A stretch of DNA of 64,000 bases from Eledone cirrhosa (lineage: Eukaryota), in the NCBI GenBank assembly GCA_964016885.1, contig OZ024740.1, forward strand, positions 215,946,001 through 216,010,000, written 5' to 3'. The translations under genes were made by a program, and so were the position numbers. Under the pieces are notes generated by a model. That model did no database searches, was not told the origin of the DNA, and saw nothing but the letters and a program-made list of their open reading frames with translations. Within the stretch, counting starts at the first letter, position 1; the number at the start of each line of letters is the position of its first letter. Positions 50,330 through 62,777 of this stretch are shown piece by piece.

Positions 50330-51570
50330 AATAATAATAATGAAATTATTGTGTACACTGCTCAGGTGCACTACAACTCTTCAAAGGTGCATGTATAGTG
50401 CATAGAATAATGTACAAATGTCAGGAAAGTGAACAGTGTATGATACATATTAGGTGTAGTGTTGGCAAATTTCAGGAAGCATGGATGTTTTAAAGGATGT
50501 AGTGTCGCGGCAGCTAACAACTGATGTAGTTAGTTTGTTCCATGCTTCAACAACTCTGAGCATGAAAAAATTGTTTCAAAATGTCATGGGAGCTGTGTTG
50601 TTTTCTGACTTTGTAAGCATGCCTATGGGTGTTAGACACACGGAATTCAAAAAGGTGCTCAGGGTTGTTGTTGGAAAGATGGTTAATAATTTTGTGGGTG
50701 TTTACCAAGTCAATTGCCAGATGTCGGAGCTTCAATGTATCCATGCCCCAGGAAGGAAGGCAATCAGAGTATGGTAGATGCTTGATGGAGGGTATTCTCT
50801 TGGTTGCACATCCCTGAAGAGTTTCCAGGAGGTCAATATTCTGAGCAAGATAGGGGTTCCAGACTTGTGATTCAAGTTTGGCTGTACCATGGTTATATAC
50901 AGCTTTAAATAGATGGCTGGAGAGCGACTGACAAAGGCCTTGCTCAGTGATGCCAAGACACCCTCAACCTTCTTGACAATTTAGAGATGTGCTTCGCCCA
51001 ACGCAAATTGCTGCTGACAGTAATGCCCAGGTCACGTTCACAAGAGGAGTTCTTGAGATTAGTGTTGTGAAGGGAGTATGTGGACACTGGGTTTTTCCTC
51101 CCAAAATGCATAGTGGAACACTTACCACAGTCAGCTGGAGTGAGCCATTGCTGCGTTGTGTCCAAGTGTGATTGCAGGAAAGATCTATAGTGTTCAGGAT
51201 CTGTCCTTTCTATCTCAAGGTACAGCTTGATGTCATCTACATATTTCAGCACTGTGGCACCCTTTAAGTTGGCATCTATGTCATTAATATATGCAACAAA
51301 CAAAAGGGGATCAAGAACAGATCCCTGCAGTACACCAGATAACATCTCATAGGGTGAAGAATGCTGTCCTACCTCTTTTCAACCGAGTTAAAAAGATCAT
51401 CCTTCACACCCATTGCAGAGAGTTTTGCCATCAGTTTTTTTGTGTGGCAAAGTTAAGGTAAACAACATCCACCCATAAGCCGCCATCAGTGATCCGGGTG
51501 ATGTCTTCAAGAAACTCAATAAGTTGATCACAGCAGCTGGAGTTAGGGATAAATCAAAATTGTGAGGGCC
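50330..51570 (-). mobile_element. CR1-clade LINE, 5'-truncated, RT to 3' end
   Basis: SGVLQGSVLDPLLFVAYINDI..KYVDDIKLY..KCSTMHFGRKNP..ERDLGITVSSNLRWAKHI..LKLRHLAIDLVNTHKII; ends in an (ATT)n tail at ~50330. Confidence 0.9.
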
Positions 51571-51685
51571 GGATATATATATATCATCATCATCATCATT
51601 TCATTTTACGTCCGCTTTTTCCCTGATATATGACCTTTTGTAAAGACTAACAGAAACATCCTCTTTTAGGTGATTTTCTACTGGT

Positions 51686-51975
51686 ATCATCATCATCATC
51701 ATCATCATCATCATTTTGACGTCCATTTTTCTACAATTGCATGGGTTGGACAGGCCCTTTTCAGCACAGCATTTCTCCACTCATCACATTCATTTGTCAT
51801 CTCCTCTGTGAGTCTCAGTGATTTAAGATCAGCTCTCACCACATCTGCCCAGCTCTTCTTTGGTCTACCTCTACTGCAGCTTCTTTTCACTGAGATTTCC
51901 TGGCACTTCTTTATCCAGTGACTGTCATCCATTCACATCACATGTCTGTACCAATGTAGTCATCTCTCTTGCTTA
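51686..51975 (-). mobile_element. RTE LINE 3' end
   Basis: WIKKCQEISVKRSCSRGRPKKSWADVVRADLKSLRLTEEMT..EWRNAVL, then a (GAT)n tail. Confidence 0.88.
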
Positions 51976-52079
51976 CCACTTTCGATAAGGTATATAGGTA
52001 TGCATGTGTGCATGTATTTGATAGTGTATATATTAATGTATACTATTCTATGAAAAGGGAAAATTTCATTTTTGATGTA

Positions 52080-52417
52080 CAAGGGTCAGCTGAAAAGTTC
52101 ATAGGCTGACTATGGAGAGATACTAGTGCTGTGAAATCTTGCATACATTAATTTCAACTCTTCTTATTAATAACTGCATTGTGTCTTTCCAGGGACTATT
52201 TTGAAAAATAAACCTCATTTGGTCATTCTATGAGAGTATCTTGGTTAGCCTATGATGGAGTGATGCTAGAGCTGTGAAATCTTGCATGCATTAATTTCAA
52301 CTCTTCTTATCAATAACAGCATTGTTTCTTTCCTGGGATCATGTTGAAAAATAAACTTCATTTGTTCATTCCATGAGAGTATCTTGATCAGCCCATGAAC
52401 TTTTCAACCGACCTTCA
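52080..52417. mobile_element. Mariner-type MITE with TA target duplication and an internal two-copy ~143-bp repeat
   Basis: TA-CAAGGGTCAGCTGAAAAGTTCATAGGCTGA ... TCAGCCCATGAACTTTTCAACCGACCTTCA-TA form ~30-bp TIRs. Confidence 0.88.
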
Positions 52418-52759
52418 TATACAAATGTATGAAAAGAGAAAATTTGATTTTTGAATGATTGTGAATCTAGTTCTCTAACCACGAAGCCATGTACCTTCAC
52501 AATTGATAACTTCATAATGATGTAGATGGTTGGGACACATCTGCAGATGAGATGCAAGCCTTGTTCACAATGTACCCAGTAGGAGGCAGATGGCAGAAGA
52601 GGGTGGCTCTCAAGAAATGTGGATAAGTACAGTAGTAAATGAGGAAATATTTTGGGATGACTTATGACAGATGGAATAAGATTTGTGTTTGGTCAAAATT
52701 CATCAGTCCTATGCACCCTATAGATGCAATGGGATTATACGTATGTATGTAAGTATGTA

Positions 52760-53997
52760 TATCATCATCGTTTAACGTCCATCTTCCACGCTTGCATGGG
52801 TTTGGACGGGAGTTTTCCCACTTGAGGCAAGATTGGTTGTCTTGCTCGTATAGGACTGTCTGGCAGGTTTTCTACGGCTGGATGCCCTTCCTAACACCAA
52901 CCACGTTTACAGTGTGGACTGGGAGGTTTTTACCATGCTACCTACACAGCCACATTACAGCGTGGACTATGTGTTTTTTTGTCATGACACCTACACGACC
53001 TCATTTATTTAGGACTGGATGTTGTGGTACCAACATAACTTTACATCGAAAGGGGTGGTGTGGATGGGGTGGGGGTAGTTGGACGGGGGTGTATTTTGGT
53101 TAAGAGGTGTCTACTGACTGTTGGTTTTGCTTTGTACTTAGGCAAGGCGGGTCTTCTGTATTACTGTGTAGCGCCAAAGATCTCGGTCCAGTGACATTGT
53201 CTTGGAGAGGTGTAAGTGTGTGAGGTCGGAATTTATCAAGTCGTCCCAGGTTTTTCTGGGTCTGCCTACTCCGTGGCTACCGTCTATTTTTATCACCCTG
53301 CACTTTTTTATACAGCTGTCGTCTTTCATGCGCATCACATGGCCATACCAACGTAGTCTTCTCTCGAGTAAACAGCATCTGATCCCTCTTATTCCTAATT
53401 TCTCACTTAGTTCATTTATGCTTTGCCGTTCACGTATATTACTATTACACATCCAACGGAGCATGCAAGCTTTGTTCCTCTCCAGTCTGCATAGATCCTC
53501 TGCACACAATTCCCAAGTCTCACTGCCATGTAACATTGCTGTTCGTATACAGGCACCACGTAGCCTGCCTTTCATTCTTAGAGAGAAACCTTTAGCGGCC
53601 AATAGTGGTATAAGCTCTCTGAACTTTTTCCATCCCGTTCTGACTCTAGCTATTGTATTTTCAGAGCACCTTCCCCCACTGCTGATTTTATCACCCAGGT
53701 AACGGAAGCTGTCCACTATTTCTATAGAACCATCTTTGCAATGGAATGAGCTAGTATTCTCTGGGCACTTGCTGCTACTTAGTGCACCTGAGCACCGGCC
53801 ACATATAAAATTTATATTCTTAGTTAGCTTACCTGTGATCCCACTACATATTTTATGCACCCATACTTTGCATTTGGAACATAAAATGGAGTTTCTGCCT
53901 ACTCCTTTCCTACACACTGAGCATGGTCATTTCCCAGATGGGACCAGTGCCCTATTTTCCTTCCTACATACTAGAACTTTAGTCTTAGACAGGTTAA
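52760..53997 (-). mobile_element. RTE LINE, 5'-truncated, with ORF2 C-terminus and complete 3' UTR
   Basis: ORF 53138..53917: Cys-rich insert, IEIVDSFRYLGD, AMLHGSETW, RRLRWYGHVMRM, GRPRKTW. Confidence 0.93.
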
Positions 53998-54189
53998 ATA
54001 TATATATAGAGAGAGAGGGGGAGAAAAAGAGAGAGAGGTCGATCAGGGGAACACACCAGCCAGTTAGATTTTATCCTTACTAGAAGACGAGACAGAGTGT
54101 CTGTTGTAAACATGAAGTCCCTCCCTGGTGAAGAATGCACCTACCAACATTACCTAATAGTTAGTGACCTCATAGTCAGGACTAGATGA

Positions 54190-55320
54190 ACTCAATGACA
54201 GAGGACAACCTTGAGGAGAAGAATGAGGAAGTTGATGGACCACACAGCCAGTAACAAATTTAAAGGCATATTACTTGATGCTTTTGACAGTAAGGAAGAG
54301 CAATTAGAGCCGTACAATATAGAGGAACAGTGGGAATTCCTGAAAATTAATCTGCGGAAGACAACATGAAATCTGTGGCTGGAGCAGACCTTCAGCGAGG
54401 AAGAGACTTGGTGTTGGAACAGTAAGGTGGAGGAGACAATCAAGGCCAAAAGGCATGCTTGGAAAGTATGGCGGGATGGGGGAAGTAGAGAACACTATCT
54501 GGTGGCTAGAAGAGAAGCTAGGAAACAAATGTACTTTGCAAGAAGGGAAGCAGAGGATAGAAAGTTCAAGCATGTTCTACAACGCAAGGACAAAAAACGT
54601 GAGGTGTTCAACATTGCGAGGCAATGTTTCAAAGAAAATTTTGATATTGTTGAGGAGAAGTGTGTCCATAATGATGATGGTGAACTTGCCTTCACTGATA
54701 AGAAGGTAGCTTGGAAGTATCACTACAAGAGACTACTAAATGAGGAGAATGAATGGGATAAACATAGTTTGACCACCTGTGCAAGTTAGTGGTAGCATAG
54801 TAAGTAAGGCAATCAAAGATATGAAGACAGGCAAGGCAGCTGGGCCTTCAGGGATAGTTGCTGGATGTTGAAAGCATCTGGAATGGTGGGGTATACCATG
54901 GTCACCTGGATAGTAAACCAAGTAATACCAAATGACTGGCATAGCAACATTATTGTTAATTGCTACAAGGGCAAAGGAGAAAACTATAGAGGCATTAAGT
55001 TAGTTGACCAGGTCACGAAAGTCACAGAAAGAGATATTACACAACTAATTAGAGACCGAATTGATCTAGATGAAATGCAGTTTGGGTTTGTGCTAGGTAA
55101 AAGTACCATGGATGCTTTCTTCCTTGTACAGCAACTACAAGTGAAGTACCTAACTAAAAGTAAACCCCTCTACTTAGCTTTTGTTGACTTGGAGCAATCC
55201 TTTGACAGAGTCCCCTGCTCCATTATCTGATGGGCTCTAAGAAAACTAGGAGTAGATGAGTGCCTTGTGAAAGCAATACAAGCCATGTATAGAGGAACAG
55301 TTAGCAAGGATGGAATTAAC
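54190..55320 (+). mobile_element. RTE LINE ORF2 fragment (linker and RT domains 0-3)
   Basis: AIKDMKTGKAAGPSG..IPNDWHSNIIVNCYKGKG.NYRGIKL..DEMQFGFVLGKSTMDAFF..LAFVDLEQSFDRVP. Confidence 0.92.
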
Positions 55321-55389
55321 AAGTTCCGCTCTTCTGTGTTCGAATCTGGTGTGTAGTGTCAGTTGTCCGTAAGTAGGTAGTGATTCATA

Positions 55390-56025
55390 TCATTATCATC
55401 ATCATTTTATGTCTGCTTTTCCCTGCTTGCAAGGGTGGGATGGGTCTTATTTAGCACAGCATCTCTCCACTTGTCACGGTCCTTCATCATCTCCACCACG
55501 AGCTTCAGTGATCTGAGGTCTGTTCTCACCACCTCCGCCCATGTTTTTTGTGGTCTACCTCTACTACGTCTTCCTTCAACTGGCATTTCCTAGCACTTCT
55601 TCACCCATCGGTCATCCTCCATGCGCATCACATGTCCATACCACCTCAGTCTCCTCTCTCCACACTACATTCTATCCCTCTCAGTTTCTCTCTGAACACA
55701 TTCATGCTGGGTTGTTCACGCACATTGAAACTGCACATCCAATGGAGCATGCTTGCCTCATTTCTCTTCAGCCGTCACATATCCTCTGCAGTTGCTGCCC
55801 ATGTCTCACTACCATGCAGCATTGCGCTCCTCACACAGGCATCATATAACCGGCCTTTCGTACGCAGGGAGAAACCCTTTTTCATCAGCAGAGGAAGCAG
55901 CTACCTAAGCTTCTTCCAACCCATCCTTATTCTAGATACTATGGCCTCGGAACACACCCCTCCCATGCTAATCTGATCTCCCAGGTACCGGAAGCTATCC
56001 ACCACTTCTATAGCACCCGCCAGCA
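55390..56025 (-). mobile_element. RTE LINE 3' portion (different subfamily) inserted within the + strand RTE
   Basis: The reverse strand encodes VVDSFRYLGDQIS..YDACVRSAMLHGSETW..WYGHVMRMEDDRWVKKC..GRP.KTW, followed by a (GAT)n tail. Confidence 0.88.
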
Positions 56026-56169
56026 TTTGAAAAATGTGTCTATCATATATATATATATATATATATTGTTATACTTGGGGAGGATCATATTGCCAGAAAT
56101 AATAACAGAACACACTCACTGTTTGGTTGGTTTTCGCTTCTGTATCTTTTATATCTCCATAGTTATATG

Positions 56170-56229
<60 letters not shown>

Positions 56230-56371
56230 CATATATATACACACACACACACATATATATATATATCTAGCGTCCGAAACGTTAAGACCCTCTTCCTGCT
56301 ATATCAAGCATTAATCTAATATATACCTTCCATATACTGTACCGATTGTGTTTTTATTTCAGTTTACCTTT

Positions 56372-56409
<38 letters not shown>

Positions 56410-56454
56410 GTATTATATAATTAACAATGAATATATGAAGAATTTAGCGAAAAC

Positions 56455-57350
56455 GTTGGTGTTCACCAAGGCTCTGTCCTTATCCCCCTCCTGTTTATTA
56501 TTGCCCTAAAGGCTATAACAGATGAGTTTAAGACTGGCTGCCCATGGGAACTTCTATATGCAGATGATCTAACTCTCATAGCTGAATCTATGGCAGAACT
56601 AGTGAAGAAATTCCAAACCTGGAAGCATGGTCTTAAAGTTAACCTTTCTAAGACTACAGTGCTAGTATGTAGAAAGGAAAATAGGGCACAGGTTCCCTCT
56701 GTGAAATGGCCTTGTTCCCGGTGTGTCGGAAAGGAGTAGGTAGAAATGCCATTCTAGGTCCCAAATGCAAGCTATGGGTACATGAAAGGTGTAGTGGGAT
56801 CACAGAAAAGCTATCAAAGAATGTAGGTTTTATAGGTGGCCGATGCTCAGGTGCAGTAAGTAGCAAGTGCCCACAGGATACTAGCTCCTTCTATTGCCGA
56901 GATGGTTCTATAGAAATAGTAGACACTTTCCATTACCTGGGTGACAAAATCAGCAGTGGAGGAGAGTGTTCTGAAAGTTACAGTAGCCAGAGTCAGAACG
57001 GGATGGAGAAAGTTCAGAGAGCTAATACTGCTGTTGGTCACAAAAGGTTTCTCTCTAAAAATGAAAGGCAGATTGTATGATGCTTGTAAATGAACAACAA
57101 TGTTACATGGTAGTGAGACCTGGGCATTGTGTGTAGAGGATCCGATGGATGTGTAATAGTAATATACACAAACCGCAAAGCATAAACGAACTAAGTGAGA
57201 AATTAGGCATAAGAGGGATCAGATGCAGTTTACTAGAGAAGAGATTGTGTTGGTATGGTCATGTGATGTGTATGAGGATAACAGTTGTATAAAGTGCAGG
57301 GCAATCAAAATTGGTGGAAGCTACGGAGTAGGTAGACCTGGGATGAGGTT
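56455..57350 (+). mobile_element. RTE LINE ORF2 fragment (RT domain 4 to C-terminus), probable continuation of 54190-55320
   Basis: VGVHQGSVLIPLLFIIAL..GCPWELLYADDLTLIAES..CRKGVGRNAIL..IEIVDTFHYLGD. Confidence 0.9.
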
Positions 57351-57549
57351 ATAGTGTAATAGTTCACAATTTGAATTGGTAAGATGAGATAAGCTTGATG
57401 TGTGTTCTTTCACCCTTCGTTCTTCACGAACGAACAGAAGCTGGATTAATAAAGGGCAGTTCCAGTAGCAGAGCATTTACAATTCAAAATTATAGAAAAC
57501 CAAGGATTGGTATTAATAATAATAATACTATCCTTGGCCTTCCTGAATT

Positions 57550-57584
<35 letters not shown>

Positions 57585-57646
57585 AAATTCAAGAAATATA
57601 TATATAGGCAGTAAGACTAAGATAGCAATAAGCATAATAAAGCAGT

Positions 57647-58715
57647 ATCATCATCATCATCATCATCATTTAACGTCTATCTTCCACGCTAGCATGGGTT
57701 AGACAGGAGTTGTCCCACTTGAGGCAAGATTGGTCGGGTGACCATGTCTCGCTCATATAGGACTATCTGGCAGGTTTTCTATGGCTGGATGCCCTTCCTA
57801 ACACCAACAACATTTACAGTGTGGACTGGGAACTTTTTACCATGTTACCTACATGGCCACATTACAGCGTGGACTATGTGGTTTTTTGCCATGACACCTA
57901 CACAATCTCATTAGTTTGGACTGGATGTTGTGTTACCAACATAACTTTATAGAGAAAGGGTGGTGTTAGCGGGAGTGGGAGGATGGTGTGGGGTAGTGGG
58001 TTGGGGTGTGTTTGGTTTGGAGGGGCCTATTGACTGTAGGTTAACTTTGCACGTAGGGAAGGTGGGTCTTCTGTAATACTGCATAGCACCAAAGATCTCG
58101 ATCCACTGACATTGTCTTAGAGAGGTGCAAGTGTGTAAGGTCGGAATTTATCATGTCGTCCCAGGTTTTTCTGGGTCTACCTACTCTGTAACTTCCCTCA
58201 ATTTTGATCGCCCTGCACTTTTTTATACAGCTCTCGTCTTTCATGCGCATCATGTGACCATACCAACGTAGTCTTCTCTCATGTAAACAGCATATGATCC
58301 CTCTTATTCCTAATTTATCACTTAGTTCATTTATGTTTTGCCGTTCGCATATATTACTATTACACATACAACGGAGAATGCATGCTTCATTCCTTTCCAG
58401 TCTGCGCAGGTCCTCTGCACACAATGCCCATGACTCACTGCCATGTAACATTGTTGTTCATATACAAGCATCATACAATCGGCCTTTCATTTTCAGAGAG
58501 AAACCCTTTGTGGCCAACAGCAGTATAAGCTCTCTGAACTTTTTCCATCCCGTTCTATCTCTGGCTACTGTACTTTCAGAACACCCACCACCACTGCTGA
58601 TTTTGTCACCCAGGTAACGGAAAGTGTCCACTATTTCTATGGAACATTCTGGGCAGTAGAAGGAGCTAGTATCTTGTGGCCACTTGCTACTTATTGCACC
58701 TGAGCATCGGCCACT
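57647..58715 (-). mobile_element. RTE LINE, 5'-truncated, with 3' UTR and (GAT)n tail
   Basis: ORFs 58041..58451 and 58458..58742 are close paralogues of 53138..53917. Confidence 0.93.
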
Positions 58716-58848
58716 GAAAGCAAATACTATATTTATATACAATAAACATATGAGAGTCTTGCTATCAAAGGAAAAATGTTTTTATTATGAAAAAATGATT
58801 CGCTCTTTTGCACTGTGAACATGTAACACATACCTCAGTAGCCGTTGA

Positions 58849-58899
58849 GAATGTCAGATAGCTGTTTCAAGATTCGTTAAACTCTCATCAGTGACGTTC
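58849..58899 (-). ncRNA. Type I hammerhead motif at the 3' end of a Penelope-like remnant
   Basis: The minus strand reads GAACGTCA CTGATGA GAGTTTAACGAATCTT GAAA CAGCTA T C TGACATTC: intact core, stem I 7 of 8 pairs, stem III one substitution from the palindrome ACAGCTGT. Confidence 0.7.
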
Positions 58900-59440
58900 A
58901 CTCTCTATGAAACAGTGGAGGTAGAACTTAGTTCCATTCTGAAATGCTTGTACTCTGTCTATAATTTCCCAGGTGATATTTTTCTTCCTTGCTACATCCT
59001 TTGGTTTCCAAATATGTTTGGACAGTGATGTAGCAGTATTTTATAGGTGGTGATGGTTAAACAAGCTGTTCTGTTGATGTAGATGGAATTTTAATGAGAT
59101 CCTTGTCAGCCTTATTTAGGATATTGAAGTGTTATTAGAAGAAAAGTAAGTGTGATATACAAGGTTTCTTTCTAGATATTTACTTTCCAAGAGAAAGACA
59201 TCTGCACAGTGGCAACTAAATGTTAGGTTCTTGCTGTTTTTGGTATTGCTGCAATATACCTACATTACTGAAACATTATGAAGCTGGATATATTCCTCGT
59301 TGTACAGCTGTATTTCAGCATTATGGTCTTCCTGTTGAATAGCTGGTGCAATGTGTAACTGCATGAAAACAATGCTGATTCAGGATAGAATTTTTTTTAC
59401 AGCTCTTGTTTTATATTAGTGTTGTAAGAAAGGAATCTAC
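58900..59440 (-). mobile_element. Heavily decayed Penelope-like GIY-YIG region
   Basis: Fragments TLHQLFNRKTIMLKYSC, YLERNLVY, TSLSKHIWK and ITWEIIDRVQAFQNG are collinear with the element at 29652-30297. Confidence 0.75.
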
Positions 59441-60241
59441 ACACACTTTAGGAAGAAATGTCTATCTGAACTTTTCTATTACACTTAACCTAACTTTTGT
59501 CAATCTAGTCTTACTCTCTGTTATTTTATAAAGAAGCTCCAAAAGCTATGGACCGACTACCATATCTTTACTGGAATTACTTATAGATAAGAAAACAAAC
59601 TACGAATGAGAATTACGTTACCCACAAATTACGTCAAATCTTTCATGGCTATTACCATCTGAAGACACATACATACACGCATAGACACATAATACATACA
59701 TACATATATATAATCTACATTTATACATACACATGTCCATGCATACAAACACATACCCATTTAATTTTCGCATTCAAGTACACAAAAACAAACGCACACA
59801 CATTTAATTTTGACACCGAGTTTCTTAATGATTAGTATATTGATAAGGTGTTTATTTTGAGTGGAAGAGTGGGAGTGTGGGGGGAGATGGTATAAGATGA
59901 AGGGGGAGGAGGTAGAGAAAATTCTATTGATTTCTGTCCTTTCCGTCCCCACCCCATCCCATCCTTTGGCCCTACACCTTCCCCCCTCCCTGCACTAGTC
60001 TCTGACGTCATTAGGCATTCTGTACAGAGAACAGTCCTTGGCAACTGGCAACAGGGCAACAACAATAACAACAACAACAATAATAATAATGCCAGTCTTG
60101 TTGTCTATATGGACATTGTGAAATGGAGGGGGGTTAGAGGAATGGTAGGAGATGGTACAGGGGGAGGGGGTTAGAGACCAACAGAAGAAGAAGAAGAACT
60201 GAAAGGGAAGGAAATAATACAAAGGTGCCGGATTAAAGGAA

Positions 60242-60584
60242 CACCACCACCACTACTACCACCACCAATACTACTTCCACAACTACTTACTATCACCACC
60301 ACCACCACTACTACCACCACTATCACTACTACGACCACCACTGCTACTACTACCACCACTTTCACTACTACCACCACCACCACTACAACCACCACCACCA
60401 CTACCACCACTATCACTACTACCACCACCACCACTACTACTACTACCACCAACATCACCACCACTGCAACTACCACCACCACCGCTACCACCACCACTAC
60501 TACTACAACCACCACCACCGCTACCACCACCACTACTACTACAACCACCACCACCACTACTACCACCACCACCACCACCTCCAC
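60242..60584. repeat. (CCA/CTA)n tract
   Basis: Directly visible. Confidence 0.93.
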
Positions 60585-61881
60585 TGATACACTATTTCTA
60601 TTCCACTACAGCTCTAGAAATCAATGAATTCAAAAGATCAAATAATAAACCTACCTCACTAATAAACAAACTTTACAGAAATAATGTACTCAGAGTATAA
60701 TCCCCCCCACCACCACCACCAAAAAAACCCCTAAACGATTGTGGGGTATTTAGGGTGTGTTGTTTTAACTCTTAACCTCCCATGATTGAGCAGAAAAGGA
60801 CTAAAATTTGGTTTCTATCTTTTAATAAATGAAAAATAAATGTTGTCTCTGATCGAGACGAAGCAAGAGTCTTTTTGAATACATATAAAAATGAGAAAAC
60901 TCGTCGCTAGAGCAGCCGTTAAAACAGCTAAATACTGTCAGACAGTGATGTGAAAAAATACCTCAGACGACAGAGACCAGTGGCCAGTGGTCAACAGAGA
61001 GAGACAATCCACAAGGTGGGTGACAGGCAGATGAAATATAGAAAAGATTGAAAGAGGAAGAGGATAATGAGAAGTGTGCCGCTGCACAGAAGTGACTTGA
61101 AGAAGGAAATAAAGAAAGGTGATGTACAAGACAAGTTTATACACACACATCTTCATCCTCATCAGATCTCAAACCAGTAAAATGGTTTTGCACACAATTT
61201 AACTGAGAGTACGATTTTAAAATGCTGGATAGTGCAACAGAAAAATAAATCTTTCTGCTGGTATGATGTGTGTGTGATAAGACAAACAGTATAAAGAGAA
61301 GAACGAAAGAAAACAAATAAAATAAAATAATGGGATAGTGAATGTCAAGCTGTGGTGTCTGTCCTAAATAGCGGTGAGTTTTCTCATTTTTATATGTATC
61401 TTTTAATGTCATTGAACCTGTTTTCTTGATCCCTGTATCACCACCCACCACTTAATTCTATCAGGACAGAGCTGGTCATCTGTATGAGTGAGACCTGTGA
61501 TTTGGAATGGCTATTTCAGTGTATCTCCTTTGTTATTTTCTCTTCTCTATTCTGTCCACTGGAACCATGAGACAACTTGCACCTGAGGTTCTCTGTATGT
61601 CAGAGAGTGTTCTCCCACAATCTCCGGCCTCATATCATTACGATAATGATGGTGTAGGTTACTGATTGTAGGTAAACAATTCATTGATGTTTATATTATC
61701 ATTTGAACAATATTCAAATATAGTAAAAGAATTGTTAAAAAAAAAAAGAAATCAATCGTAAAATCCAAGACCTCATTCGCTTACCAAGTGAGGAGGAACT
61801 CATCAAGTCAGACCGACAAAACACTGTTTCCATTGGTTTCTCCAATTGCTGATACTAGTCACAACTCCTGGCAGAAGGAGA

Positions 61882-62188
61882 AACATGAAATAAAGCATCT
61901 TGCTCAAGGACATAATGCAACATGAAACAGAGTGTCTTGCTCAAGGACATAATGCAACATGAAATAAAGTGTCTCGCTCAAGGACATAATGCAACATGAA
62001 ATAGAGTGTCTTGCTCAAGGACATAATGCAACATGAAATAGAGCGTCTTGCTCAAAGACACACCACATCATGCTACAAGAGATAAAGTATCTTGCTGAAA
62101 GACATAACACATCGCCAGGTCCGGGAATCAAACTTGCAACCTCACAATTACAGATACAATTCTCTAACCGCGAAGCTAAACACCTTCA
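61882..62188 (-). mobile_element. CORE-type SINE (family B) whose CORE segment is tandemly amplified as a 37-bp unit (5-6 copies)
   Basis: tRNA-like head on - at 62188-62110; unit AACATGAAATAGAGTGTCTTGCTCAAGGACATAATGC. Confidence 0.8.
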
Positions 62189-62374
62189 TAAGAGAATTAT
62201 AACTACAAAACAAAAAGAACATCAGAGATATTTTTGATATCAGTGAATTATACTAAAAATAATGTTCTATGTGGACAGTTGTTGATTTATTACATAATAA
62301 TTAGAGTAAAAGGAGGGGAAGAGCAAGGACTATTAGACTATTAGGTGAGAGTGGTGTTTTGGCTGCACCTATTG

Positions 62375-62720
62375 GACAAAATGGCAAAGACATTTCCACA
62401 GACAAGGGTCAGCAACACCCATTGCAACAGCCATCCCACCTTGCAGAGTTCCTCTTCAGGTGGGGCGCGATTGATCCAATTTTACAGAGATGGTCAGCTG
62501 TCCAGAGTCTAAGGATACCTGAGGTTTCAACAGCGACATGTGTGAAGTGGAAGTGGCCAGACAGGCCCTGGTATTTGCTTGTCTTTCTGTCCTCTGCATT
62601 GTGGGCTGTGATGCCAGGGTTTGTGACCAAGACAACAAAATTGGAGGTGGAGAACGTCACAGCATGTCGTGTCCCAGATCAGACATTTATCTCCTTCAAA
62701 AGGGAGGAGGGTAATTCCAT
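62375..62720 (-). mobile_element. CRE-like non-LTR retrotransposon, restriction-like endonuclease fragment
   Basis: GITLLPFEGDKCLIWDTTCCD.FSTS..AHNAEDRKTSKYQGL..FTHVAVETSG..LCKIG..LVCGNVFAIL matches the recalled pattern DG.TL.P...G..L.WD.TC.DT..AE.RK..KY..VETxG..RGNA. Confidence 0.7.
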
Positions 62721-62777
62721 CTGTATTATATTAGAGTTCATTGTTATTATGTACATAGTTGTAAATTTATTACACAA

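Noticed and set aside
61155-61170. CTGATGA on the minus strand
   Set aside because: No stem II or GAAA follows; the other CTGANGA hits at 6669, 6770, 8416, 50814 and 63258 lie inside transposon coding remnants.
60900-61170. Purine-rich stretch that looks coding on +
   Set aside because: A stop occurs after about 40 codons, and I see no recognisable motif or clear splice signals.
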